Positions 1-10,630 of a DNA stretch of 58,279 nt are shown here, in pieces. The stretch comes from a candidate division FCPU426 bacterium (GTDB taxonomy: Bacteria > Oederibacteriota > Muellerivitia > Muellerivitales > Muellerivitaceae). The notes below the pieces were generated by a model, which ran no database searches, was not told where the DNA came from, and worked only from the letters and a program-made list of their open reading frames with translations. Made by a program: the position numbers and the translations under genes. The stretch's first letter is position 1, and each line of letters starts with the position of its first letter. The stretch lies in contig CAWHOE010000052.1 of assembly GCA_963830915.1 (NCBI GenBank), positions 1 to 58,279 of the forward strand, given 5' to 3'.

Positions 1-1351
<1,351 letters not shown>

Positions 1352-1458
1352 TGTTTCATTTCCATCGCATCTTCACTAGTGACTTCGGTTCAAGAAGTAG
1401 TGTTTCTATCGTTGAATTTATTTCCAGTATTGCGTAAAACAGTAACTGAGTTCGTTGT

Positions 1459-1577
<119 letters not shown>

Positions 1578-1587
1578 TTAAAAGTGG

Positions 1588-1620
1588 ACCCGACTTATCG
1601 AAAGATAGGTCGGGTTTTTT
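1588..1620 (+). terminator. Rho-independent terminator of the rRNA operon
   Basis: Hairpin ACCCGACTTATC-GAAA-GATAGGTCGGGT followed by a T-run; abuts the stop of the convergent gene. Confidence 0.85.
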
Positions 1621-1622
1621 AT

Positions 1623-3797
1623 TTACGACCCAAGTTTATAAATCGCTTCTCGAATCAATTGATCGTGTGGGTTCAATGTTAAAGCTTTCTTAAGATTCTC
1701 TTTGGCTTTTGAAAGATCCCCGGAATTCCAGAATAGAAAACCAGCGTTTGAAAAAGCTTGTTGGGATTGTTCGGTTTCTCCCAAAAACAAGTCACCGGTT
1801 GCCTTTTGGTTCCAAACATGTGCTTGCCAATTTATATCCCTAATTAAAAATAATCCCCGTTCAAAAAACCAATCCCAATTCGATAAGTCACCTTTTAATC
1901 TTAAGAAAAGTGCGGAATTTAAGAACGGATGCGCACAAGCCTCGTAAAGAATGTAATTAACTGGGTCTGGATTTATATTTTCTTCTTCTAAAGCTTCATG
2001 CCAAAAGTCATGTAGAAAATCAGTTTGTTTTTTAATGTTAATTTTGGGATTGCCAAAATTCAATTTCAACAAAATGCCTTGTGGGGATAAACGTACCGAG
2101 TGGTCGGAACCCAAATAAATATCATTAAAAATACCATTTGTGTAAGTACAGAAAAAGGTTTTCTTAATGTCGGTTAAATAGATCAGATCATGAATTATCC
2201 CTTGGGATGTCTCTTTCGAGGAGAAGTCGGCTCGTTCGATTCGCGAAAAAACAGGATATTGTTTTTTAAGATCAGTAAAGGGATAGTTTTTCATCAAAAA
2301 TGGACAGCCGAGGATCGTGATATCCGGACGGAAGTTTTCAACTTTGTTCAAATAGATTGTTCCGAAATAATCAAAATCTGTTTCCGCGAAAAAAACAGAG
2401 TCATCATTTAACGACCTTAATGCCGCAAGCCCGTAGTCGTGATAAATCTTTCCGTCTTTAGAACACGCCCTATAATTGTTTGTAATAAGATCACCCGCAA
2501 ACAAAAGGATTAGAATAAATACAATGATCGGGATTGCCCGTTTGACGAGTGGCGTGAATTGGCATGACAAGTCCTTGATTTTTATCCATACAAAAGAACA
2601 TCCAACAACACAAAAAATTAATTCAGCCCAATCGTTGAGAAGCAGATAATCATCTAAATGCCAGAATTCAATCGACGAAAGATTCATGTAAAAAATATTT
2701 GATATAACCGAACTGAGAAACAGCAAAAGTAAAAACAAACAGATTTTAATATTAGTTTTATACAGCGGCCAAACTCCCAAAATAGCAAATACTCCTAAAA
2801 TCCCGAATTGATAAAATGTATGTGATGAGATGTAATTGGCTCGAGGAAGGGCAGGGAGGACGATCGAGGTAAAAATAGCATTGAAGGGATGATTCCAAAA
2901 GCCGGGTTTAATGAGACCGGAAAACCCTGATTCGTAAGAAAGAGAATCCAGTCTAGTGATCAATGTTGCAAATCGGACTAGGTTTGTTGCATCCCCCGTG
3001 TTGAGAAAGGGATATTGACAGGCTCTTATTGGTAGATAGAGGTAAGGACTGATTCCGAGCAAAAAAATTGTAAAACAATAGCAAGAATATTTAATTACAG
3101 TCTTTAATCGAATTTTATAAACAAATCTTACTGAAAAAATCATAGTTATAAATATCGATGGTAAAAGGAAAAATTGTAATGGCCAATGATGGGTTATCCC
3201 CAAGCTAAAGGAAAAGATTGAGAGAAAAAGCCAACGATTAAGGTTTTCAGGTTTTGCTTGTTGTGCGGCTAAGCCATTGTTAGATATGAAAAAGTTTGAT
3301 TTTAGAAAAAGGATAAAAATAGTCGTTACGATGACTAGTTGAAATATATAAACACCACCTTTCGCAGAAAGGGAGGCGTTCCAATAGCTCTTTGAGAATG
3401 CTAAAAGAAAACCTCCCAACACAGATATTGAGTAAAACATAAGGGAATTCTGAGAAAAGTTTTCTTTTAAAATGGTTTTAAACAATAGCCAGAGGTTGAA
3501 GGTGAATAGAACGCATCCAATCGATGAAATAAACGCCGCATAAAGGTTGATTAGAAATGCGGGATTACCCAAAGGTTTCAATTGAAAAATATGTCCTAAT
3601 AACGTGTACAGCGGATATCCCGGATGATGAGCAATCCCTAATAAGCTAATAGCCGTGATGATTTCTGGAGTGTCGTCGCGATAAATTGTGGAACACAATG
3701 TGCGGAGATAGATGCCGAAAATAATTAAGAATGAAATCAATATTGGTACAACTGGGAAATCACTGATGTAAAATAATTTAAGATTAACGTTTTTCAT
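1623..3797 (-). CDS. DUF2723 / TMEM260-like GT-C membrane protein with C-terminal TPR
   Basis: N-terminal YRDDTPEIITA...GIAHHPGYPLY motif, many TM segments, YLYLPIRA motif, TPR-like C-terminus (AKENLKKALTLNP). Confidence 0.85.
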   Translation of the reverse strand: MKNVNLKLFYISDFPVVPILISFLIIFGIYLRTLCSTIYRDDTPEIITAISLLGIAHHPGYPLYTLLGHIFQLKPLGNPAFLINLYAAFISSIGCVLFTFNLWLLFKTILKENFSQNSLMFYSISVLGGFLLAFSKSYWNASLSAKGGVYIFQLVIVTTIFILFLKSNFFISNNGLAAQQAKPENLNRWLFLSIFSFSLGITHHWPLQFFLLPSIFITMIFSVRFVYKIRLKTVIKYSCYCFTIFLLGISPYLYLPIRACQYPFLNTGDATNLVRFATLITRLDSLSYESGFSGLIKPGFWNHPFNAIFTSIVLPALPRANYISSHTFYQFGILGVFAILGVWPLYKTNIKICLFLLLLFLSSVISNIFYMNLSSIEFWHLDDYLLLNDWAELIFCVVGCSFVWIKIKDLSCQFTPLVKRAIPIIVFILILLFAGDLITNNYRACSKDGKIYHDYGLAALRSLNDDSVFFAETDFDYFGTIYLNKVENFRPDITILGCPFLMKNYPFTDLKKQYPVFSRIERADFSSKETSQGIIHDLIYLTDIKKTFFCTYTNGIFNDIYLGSDHSVRLSPQGILLKLNFGNPKINIKKQTDFLHDFWHEALEEENINPDPVNYILYEACAHPFLNSALFLRLKGDLSNWDWFFERGLFLIRDINWQAHVWNQKATGDLFLGETEQSQQAFSNAGFLFWNSGDLSKAKENLKKALTLNPHDQLIREAIYKLGS

Positions 3798-5922
3798 TTG
3801 GGATATCTGAACGAGATGAGAGTTTTTTCAATGATGGGAATAACTCCGAAAAAGATTTTATTAAGTCTAAGGCCTTATTTTCAGAACCCCGATCCTGTTC
3901 TACTTTTATCCAATTTGTTAAAGCTTGTTGATTAATCTGCTCATTTTCCGAGTTTTCAAAGGCTTCTGTTGCCCGGTCCCATTGTCGGGATCGTGCCAAG
4001 TAAATACCCCAATCGTTCCAAATTTTAGAGGCTTTGCTATGATCGCGGGTAAGAATAATAGCATTGCCGAAGAATGGGTCTAGGGATCGGATGTCATTAT
4101 CCCTCAAGAAATTAGCGCATGCCCAATAAGCGGTAGAATAATTTTCACGCAAGGTAAGGGAAACATCCCGGGTATCCATTAGAGAACTTTGAATATCACG
4201 AATTCGGAATGAATTAAGCGTTTTATCAATATTTAATTTCCAAGTGTGTTTCCCAGGGAATAAGTATTCATATGTGAGCCCGGAGGGAAAAATCGATCCG
4301 TTAGAATGATATTGAAGGAAATATAAATTAAATAAATTGCCGCTCTCGGAAAAATAAATCGAGCGATTATTGTTAGTGATGATGCCTTGTAAATTTTTCT
4401 GGATTAGGGTTTGTGGGATTGTGCCAGTGGGCGCAAATTGTTCCTTGTATGAGAGAAGACCCTGATTTTGACCTATTTTAAGCCCCCAAGGTTCAAACAA
4501 AAGAAAAGTTGGGATCAAAATATTATCTGGACGACGATTCTCGACAGTTTTTAAATAATATTGGCCAAAATAATCAATGTCTCCCTCGGCAAAAAAAACA
4601 GAATGAAATTTCATCGTTTTTAAAAGATTTAAACTGTAATCATAGGCCCAATATTGTGATTTTTGATCATTCAAACTATGGTGATCAAAGTAATCGCCGA
4701 TTACCGAAGAAAACAAAAGTGCGATTAAAAGTAATTCCCCGATAGACTTGAACCATTTAGAAAAACGACATTGTTCTATTATCTGCTTTTTAATTGTGAT
4801 CAGAAGAATAAACAAACCCAACCCAAAAAGAACAGATATAAATAAATCGATCGGAAGTAAAAAGTTATCCAAGGTCCAAAATAGATGAGTGGGACTGTTA
4901 ACAAATAGGATTGGAGAAAATATAAAAGCGAGAATAGGGACTAGCAGAAGAAGGGTATTCTTCCGATCTTTTCTTATAAGGAAATAGATGCCCACGGAAA
5001 GAATGATAATTATTAAGGGGCTAAATTCTCTTGCGGGGTATTTTCCACAATAACTTAATAAATCGGCAAATGGATAGGCGGTTTTATTGTAAAAAATCTT
5101 TTGAATTAAATTAGATTCTTGGTTTTTGTAATATGAACGAGAAAGAACTTTGGCAAAATTGTGAAAGGTAATTGGATCACCCAAGTTTAGAAAGGGATTC
5201 AATCGGCACCGAAGGGGCAAATATAGGTAAAGGCTTAAACTAAGTAAAAGGAATACTGCACTTTGAACTGCTTTTTTGAGAGTTGGGATGGATATTATAA
5301 GAGGCAGCAAAGATAACGTGAAAATAATTTGGATGGGCCAATGGTTAGATAACCCCAACCCAAGAAAAAATATGAACAGGAACATACGGTTTTTGATTGG
5401 GGCATTGTCTGTGTTTTGTCTATAAGATATATATTCTCCGATGTCGTAAGGCAAAAAAACAAGGCAACATGAAAGTATGAAACATTGAAGAGTGTAAATG
5501 CCACCTTTGGCACTTAAAGAATCTCCCCAAAAGGTATTAGAAAAAACAAGGACTAGAAAAGAGCAAACCACTGATGCGTTTATGAAAGCCCAATAATCCT
5601 TATTGGTGTTGTTTTTATTTTCACCGAACGAACAAAGAAAGGCGCGACAAAAAAAAGCCATCACGCTAAAACAAAGAAGTGAAAATATGGACGACATCAT
5701 ATTTATGCGAAAAGACGGATCGCCAATGGGAATCATATTAAATAAGTGACCACATAGAGCGTGCAAAGGATATCCCGGCGGATGTTGAATACCCAACGTA
5801 ACAGACGCAGTAATCGTTTCAGGGGAATCATCGGCTAAAAAAGCTGGGTTCAAAGTACGGATGTAAATATAAAAACCGAATAAGAAAAGGCTTAGAATTA
5901 AATAAACCGATTTGGAGGCCAA
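3784..5922 (-). CDS. DUF2723 / TMEM260-like GT-C membrane protein with C-terminal TPR (paralog)
   Basis: LADDSPETITA...GIQHPPGYPLH and YLYLPLR motifs. Start moved to TTG at 5922 (AAGGA RBS 7 nt upstream) rather than 6153. 14-bp overlap with the downstream paralog. Confidence 0.82.
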   Translation of the reverse strand: MASKSVYLILSLFLFGFYIYIRTLNPAFLADDSPETITASVTLGIQHPPGYPLHALCGHLFNMIPIGDPSFRINMMSSIFSLLCFSVMAFFCRAFLCSFGENKNNTNKDYWAFINASVVCSFLVLVFSNTFWGDSLSAKGGIYTLQCFILSCCLVFLPYDIGEYISYRQNTDNAPIKNRMFLFIFFLGLGLSNHWPIQIIFTLSLLPLIISIPTLKKAVQSAVFLLLSLSLYLYLPLRCRLNPFLNLGDPITFHNFAKVLSRSYYKNQESNLIQKIFYNKTAYPFADLLSYCGKYPAREFSPLIIIILSVGIYFLIRKDRKNTLLLLVPILAFIFSPILFVNSPTHLFWTLDNFLLPIDLFISVLFGLGLFILLITIKKQIIEQCRFSKWFKSIGELLLIALLFSSVIGDYFDHHSLNDQKSQYWAYDYSLNLLKTMKFHSVFFAEGDIDYFGQYYLKTVENRRPDNILIPTFLLFEPWGLKIGQNQGLLSYKEQFAPTGTIPQTLIQKNLQGIITNNNRSIYFSESGNLFNLYFLQYHSNGSIFPSGLTYEYLFPGKHTWKLNIDKTLNSFRIRDIQSSLMDTRDVSLTLRENYSTAYWACANFLRDNDIRSLDPFFGNAIILTRDHSKASKIWNDWGIYLARSRQWDRATEAFENSENEQINQQALTNWIKVEQDRGSENKALDLIKSFSELFPSLKKLSSRSDIPNEKR

Positions 5923-6067
5923 GGAAATATCCTTATAATCCCAGTCTAAAAAAACTAAATAGTGTATTGAATTCTCTCGGCGAAAATTTCTATAACATTT
6001 TAACATGAACACCCTGGAAAAAATTTTGACTTTAATTATGTTTCTCGGATTTTGGGAGAAATTAAAC

Positions 6068-6211
6068 ATGAAAAGAAAAACGGGAAAAAAAATAAAACCG
6101 AAAATCATTCGTAAAGTTTGGGGGATCAACCCCAAAACCCGGGTAAAGTCCATTCACAGGAAGGACCTACTGGTAAAGATAAAAGATAAAGAAAAAACAA
6201 ATTTTGATTAG
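6068..6211 (+). CDS. Small basic hypothetical protein (47 aa, RKxWxINPxTRVK motif)
   Basis: GGGAGA RBS, ATG at 6068, MKRKTGKKIKPKIIRKVWGINPKTRVKS...; the motif resembles a recurrent small-protein family as I recall it. Confidence 0.55.
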   Translation: MKRKTGKKIKPKIIRKVWGINPKTRVKSIHRKDLLVKIKDKEKTNFD

Positions 6212-6403
6212 GTTTACTATATCGGCTTCTATACCCAATGATTTACTGACTATTTAAGGTATTTATAGCTTTTGAGGCCAAATGGGTCCTGTAAAAGGTT
6301 GGAAATAATTGTTTTTTATCATGGGAACCCGTATATTTTAAACAATTGTTGTAAATATCGTTTTAGGGAGCGTGTTGACGTTTCATTGAAAGGGGAGAAT
6401 GAA

Positions 6404-8275
6404 ATGAAAGTTATTAATGAAGTTTCATGGATGATCGGCGGTCCTCAAGGGACCGGCGTAGATTCATCCGCATCGTTATTTGCTCAAGCATGTGTAACGG
6501 CTGGTCTCTGGGTCTTTGGTAAAAGAGAATATCATTCGAATATCAAGGGCAAACACAGCTATTTTCAAGTCCGAGTTTCTGACAAACCCATCCACAGTCA
6601 TGTGGATGATGTCCATATCCTCGCAACATTTGAAGATTCTACAGCTCGATTACACGCCTCTGAAGTAGTCAAGGGGGGCGCTTTAATATACGATCCCACC
6701 AAGGTGATGCTGGATGACCTAGATCTCAAATCTGGTGTGATCACCTTACCCATCGATTTCAACATGACCCTGCGCCATGTGGCGGAGGTAACAGGTGTTG
6801 AATATGGGACGCTTTCCATTATGAAGAACACGATCGCAGTCGCAGCTTCCATGGCGCTTTTACGCATGGATATTTCTCACATGGAGAAAACACTCGCCCG
6901 TTTATTCACAGGGAAAAAAGCAAAGTTAGTACCGCTCAATATGGCTGCGGTCAAAAAAGCATATGAAGCGGTTGAAGCGTTACCCGCCGAAATGCATGCA
7001 CAATTCCCCTACCATTTAGAACCAAACCCAAATACACCGAAACGATTATTGATGAATGGGGCAACGGCGACCGCCCTAGGAAAATTAAAAGCTGGTTGCC
7101 GTTATCAATCCTATTATCCGATCAGCCCAGCGACAGACGAAAGCGTGTTTTTAGAGGCAAAACCGGAATATGGAATTGCCGTTGTCCAATGCGAGGATGA
7201 AATCGCGGCTATCAACATGGCTTTTGGAGCAGCCACCACAGGGGTGCGTGCTTCAACTTCGACATCCGGCCCCGGGTTTTGTTTAATGCAGGAAGGATTA
7301 GGTTGGGGGGGCATGAATGAAGTGCCAGTTGTTGTTTTCAATTATCAACGGGGTGGACCTTCCACAGGGCTTCCAACGCGACACGAACAAGGCGATCTTC
7401 TTTTCTCAGTATTTGGAGGTCATGGTGAATATCCAAGATTGGTTTTAGCTCCCGGCAGTATTGATGATCATTTTCACGTCGCATTCGAAGCGTTTAATTA
7501 CGCGGATAAATTCCAAACCCCTGTTATCGTTTTAAATGACAAGTGTTTGGCTAATGGGAACCAATCGATACTTCCGTTCAAAGAAGACGATTTGATCATC
7601 GATCGCGGAAGACTAGCTACATCCCAGGAATTGGAAGCGGCGATTTCGGAAGGGAAAGGGTTCCCTCGATTCAGACCCGATCCTAAGACTGTAATTTCTC
7701 CCCGACCCTTACCAGGCCAGGAAGGTAGTCCTTATTGGATGACGGGAGATGAACATGATGACTATGGCCACATTACTGAAAATCCAGAAAATCGCAGGAA
7801 AATGCACGAAAAACGGATGACCAAAAACCGATTAGTTCTGGAGCAAATCCCGGAGGATAAACAATTTAAATTAACTGGTGATCCTGACGCAGATGTGACC
7901 ATAGTTTGTTGGGGTTCCACCCAGGGAGTATTGGTTGATGCGATCCCAGCACTTGAGGAAAAGAAGATAAAAGCCAATTCTCTTTTTATCAGGCTTCTTA
8001 ATCCTTTCCCGGCAAAAGCGGTGGGAAAGATTTTGAAAAAGTCAAAAAAAATTATTCTTGTTGAGAACAATTTAACGGGTCAATTGGGCCAACTGATTCG
8101 GATGAATACTGGTATCCATATTGAGTCCCAAATTCTCAAATACACTGGTCGTCCGATGTCATTGAACGAGATCGTGAACACAGTTGAGAAATTATACAAA
8201 AAAGAGGTGGCGACCGAGCTGGATGCACTTACGGGCGCCCCGACAGAAAAGGTGGTGTTGACCTATGGCCTCTAA
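6404..8275 (+). CDS. korA: 2-oxoacid:ferredoxin oxidoreductase alpha subunit (gamma-alpha fusion)
   Basis: IGGPQGTG, YPISPAT, EDEIAA, TSGPGF, QRGGPSTGLPT motifs; ATG at 6404 after a GGGGAG RBS. Substrate specificity not determinable. Confidence 0.92.
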   Translation: MKVINEVSWMIGGPQGTGVDSSASLFAQACVTAGLWVFGKREYHSNIKGKHSYFQVRVSDKPIHSHVDDVHILATFEDSTARLHASEVVKGGALIYDPTKVMLDDLDLKSGVITLPIDFNMTLRHVAEVTGVEYGTLSIMKNTIAVAASMALLRMDISHMEKTLARLFTGKKAKLVPLNMAAVKKAYEAVEALPAEMHAQFPYHLEPNPNTPKRLLMNGATATALGKLKAGCRYQSYYPISPATDESVFLEAKPEYGIAVVQCEDEIAAINMAFGAATTGVRASTSTSGPGFCLMQEGLGWGGMNEVPVVVFNYQRGGPSTGLPTRHEQGDLLFSVFGGHGEYPRLVLAPGSIDDHFHVAFEAFNYADKFQTPVIVLNDKCLANGNQSILPFKEDDLIIDRGRLATSQELEAAISEGKGFPRFRPDPKTVISPRPLPGQEGSPYWMTGDEHDDYGHITENPENRRKMHEKRMTKNRLVLEQIPEDKQFKLTGDPDADVTIVCWGSTQGVLVDAIPALEEKKIKANSLFIRLLNPFPAKAVGKILKKSKKIILVENNLTGQLGQLIRMNTGIHIESQILKYTGRPMSLNEIVNTVEKLYKKEVATELDALTGAPTEKVVLTYGL

Positions 8276-9242
8276 ACTACAAACGCCGTTAACGGTTGCA
8301 GCTTATAAAAGCGATGTTCATAACGATTGGTGCCCAGGTTGCGGGGATTTTGGGGCACTTCAAGCTGTGCAGCAAGCCCTTGCGGAAATGGCCTTGCCAC
8401 CTTGGGAAACCATGGTATTCAGCGGTATTGGTTGCTCTGGAAAAATGTTCAATTATATGGCGAGCCATGGTGTCCATACTCTCCATGGAAGGGTATTACC
8501 GTTCGCCATTGGGGCTAAATTAGCCAACCCCGAATTGGAAGTAATAGCGGTTGGGGGTGACGGTGATGGATATGGGATCGGGGCTGGACATTTTGTTCAC
8601 GCCGGCCGAAGAAATGTGGATATGGCCTATATCATTATGGATAACGAAGTATACGGCCTGACCAAGGGGCAAGCTTCACCAACCTTGGGACGTGGACTTC
8701 AAACAAAATCCTTGCCCATGCCCAACACCAATGATGGTATCCATCCTTTGGCGTTGGCTTTGAGCTCGGGGTATACCTGGATCGGTAGAAGTTATGCTTT
8801 TGATGGCAAACATATGAAAGAAATGATCAAAAAAGCCATCGAACATAAAGGGATGGCTCTCCTGGATATACTCCAACCTTGTCCTACCTATAACGATCTT
8901 CATACCGCTGAATGGTTCAATAAGCGAGTGAAGGATGGGGTCAATATGGTCCCGCGGATGGTCCACTTGGAGGAGTTAGGCCATGATGGCGTGGTCAAAG
9001 ATCCTACCAACCTGGACGAAGTCGCTGAGAAGCAAAAGAAAGCTTTTGAAATGGCTTATTACCGAGGAGAGCGGATCCCGGTGGGCGTGTTCTATGAGAT
9101 CAAGTTACCCACTTACGTGGAAAGGATGCAGGCGCTTGCCCCAATGTTAAAAAAGTACTCTCCGGCAAGAGTCCCTTTCGAGGATGCAAGCCATTTGCCT
9201 ACAACCGATTTGACAAAGGCTTATGAAGAGCTGCTCTTTTAG
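8265..9242 (+). CDS. korB: 2-oxoacid:ferredoxin oxidoreductase beta subunit
   Basis: WCPGCGDF, SGIGCS, TLHGR, TPP-binding GGDGDG..., YGLTKGQASPT. Confidence 0.93.
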   Translation: MASKLQTPLTVAAYKSDVHNDWCPGCGDFGALQAVQQALAEMALPPWETMVFSGIGCSGKMFNYMASHGVHTLHGRVLPFAIGAKLANPELEVIAVGGDGDGYGIGAGHFVHAGRRNVDMAYIIMDNEVYGLTKGQASPTLGRGLQTKSLPMPNTNDGIHPLALALSSGYTWIGRSYAFDGKHMKEMIKKAIEHKGMALLDILQPCPTYNDLHTAEWFNKRVKDGVNMVPRMVHLEELGHDGVVKDPTNLDEVAEKQKKAFEMAYYRGERIPVGVFYEIKLPTYVERMQALAPMLKKYSPARVPFEDASHLPTTDLTKAYEELLF

Positions 9243-9251
9243 TGATAGAAT

Positions 9252-9288
9252 AAAAAACCCGGATCCCCTGTGGGGTTCGGGTTTTTTT
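9252..9288 (+). terminator. Rho-independent terminator (possibly bidirectional)
   Basis: AAAAAACCCGGATCCC-CTGT-GGGGTTCGGGTTTTTTT right after korB. Confidence 0.8.
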
Positions 9289-9320
9289 ATTTATAAATCA
9301 AGTTTGTAGGGAAGGTTTTT

Positions 9321-10124
9321 TTGCCTCGAATTATTGTAGTTCTCCCCGTTTATAACGAACAAAGAACGCTTCTAAACATCCTTTCCAGGATCGACCATCA
9401 AGCCGATGTGATTGTTTGCGTCAATGATGGATCGCAAGACCGAAGTTTATCCATTCTTCGAAAATATGCTCGAAACCGCCGCAATACTTTTATCGTGGAT
9501 TTACCCTTGAACACAGGAATGGCGGGAGCTATTAAAAATGGCTTCCTGTTCGTGCTTTATTTATTGAAAATGAAAAAAGTTGGGTTGGAAGATATTGTCG
9601 TCACGATCGATGCGGATGGACAGCATAAGCCGGAATATATATCTAAAATCGCGAGATATATGGCGCTTAAAAAAGTTGATGTTGTTCTTACTCAACGGGA
9701 TTTTTCCCTTTACCCTTTTTATAAAGTTGTTGGGAATAGACTTTTAACTTTTTCAAATTCAATCTTATCTGGATTTAGGTATAAGGATGTTGAGTCGGGA
9801 CTAAGGTTTTTAAAGGTTAGAACAGTAGAACCCATTTTACGGTTCTATACTGGCGTTAAATATTCTTGCGCTCAGGAAATCGCTCTTATTTCAGCCCGAA
9901 CTGGATTCAAAATCGATAACGATTACTTGGTGACGATCGCTTACTATCGTAAGGGGACAACCATTCGGGATGGGTTCATTGTATTAGCCTTAAGCATTCT
10001 GACCTTTATAAGATATTTTATTAAAGCTAGTTATGAAGTAAGCGCGGACCAACCGCTGTTTCAAAATTCTTATACTAGTTCCATGAATCTTTGGCGTCGG
10101 GCGAAAAAGCGGAAGGGAAAGTAA
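9321..10124 (+). CDS. GT2 glycosyltransferase (DPM/DPG-synthase-like)
   Basis: VLPVYNE, VNDGSQD, IDADGQH (DxD) and D-ESG motifs. Confidence 0.85.
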   Translation: MPRIIVVLPVYNEQRTLLNILSRIDHQADVIVCVNDGSQDRSLSILRKYARNRRNTFIVDLPLNTGMAGAIKNGFLFVLYLLKMKKVGLEDIVVTIDADGQHKPEYISKIARYMALKKVDVVLTQRDFSLYPFYKVVGNRLLTFSNSILSGFRYKDVESGLRFLKVRTVEPILRFYTGVKYSCAQEIALISARTGFKIDNDYLVTIAYYRKGTTIRDGFIVLALSILTFIRYFIKASYEVSADQPLFQNSYTSSMNLWRRAKKRKGK

Positions 10125-10510
10125 TGGAAAAAATGGAATTCAATCTCCCGAAAATCGTCTGTTTTTTGTATTGCCATAGCATTCAACAAGATGTCTTGAC
10201 CAAAAACTTTGAACTTAAGGGAGTTTTTCAAGGTTTTGGCCCACCAGGATATCCCTTTGGGATTGAGTTCATGACTTTTTCAAGGTTCAGCTTCGAGGGC
10301 GCTTCCGAATTTTTAGTGGAGATCTCTCTTTTTAATTCTAAAGGTGAAAAAATATCAGAAAATGTCCCGAAAAAAATAGCCTTTAATGAAGCTCCCTACC
10401 ATGACCTCATTACAGCCTGGCGGGTTGTACTTCCCGAGGCAGGAGAATATATTTTCAAAGTCTTCTGTAATAACCTAAACTTAGGTGAATATAAGTTTTT
10501 TTGTCGTTAA
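10124..10510 (+). CDS. Hypothetical beta-sandwich protein (DUF6941-like)
   Basis: ATG overlaps the GT2 stop (TAATG); LKGVF...PEAGEYIFKVFCN pattern. Confidence 0.6.
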   Translation: MEKMEFNLPKIVCFLYCHSIQQDVLTKNFELKGVFQGFGPPGYPFGIEFMTFSRFSFEGASEFLVEISLFNSKGEKISENVPKKIAFNEAPYHDLITAWRVVLPEAGEYIFKVFCNNLNLGEYKFFCR

Positions 10511-10630
10511 AACGCTTGAAATGCTTAAGACGGGCTTATTTTGAAAGTTTAAAATGCAAAAAACTTAAGTTATACTAACCGCCATTTACGGTCGAAAGCC
10601 TTTTCAATCAATGATTTTTTAAGAGGAAAT

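Noticed and set aside
1352..1458. tRNA in the 23S-5S spacer, or an intron in the 23S
   Set aside because: No cloverleaf or T-loop is present, and the 23S motifs are collinear without a large insertion.
5923..6153. 77-codon N-terminal extension of the DUF2723 ORF
   Set aside because: A better RBS and TTG start lie at 5922, the paralog is shorter, and the extension overlaps a plausible opposite-strand small gene.
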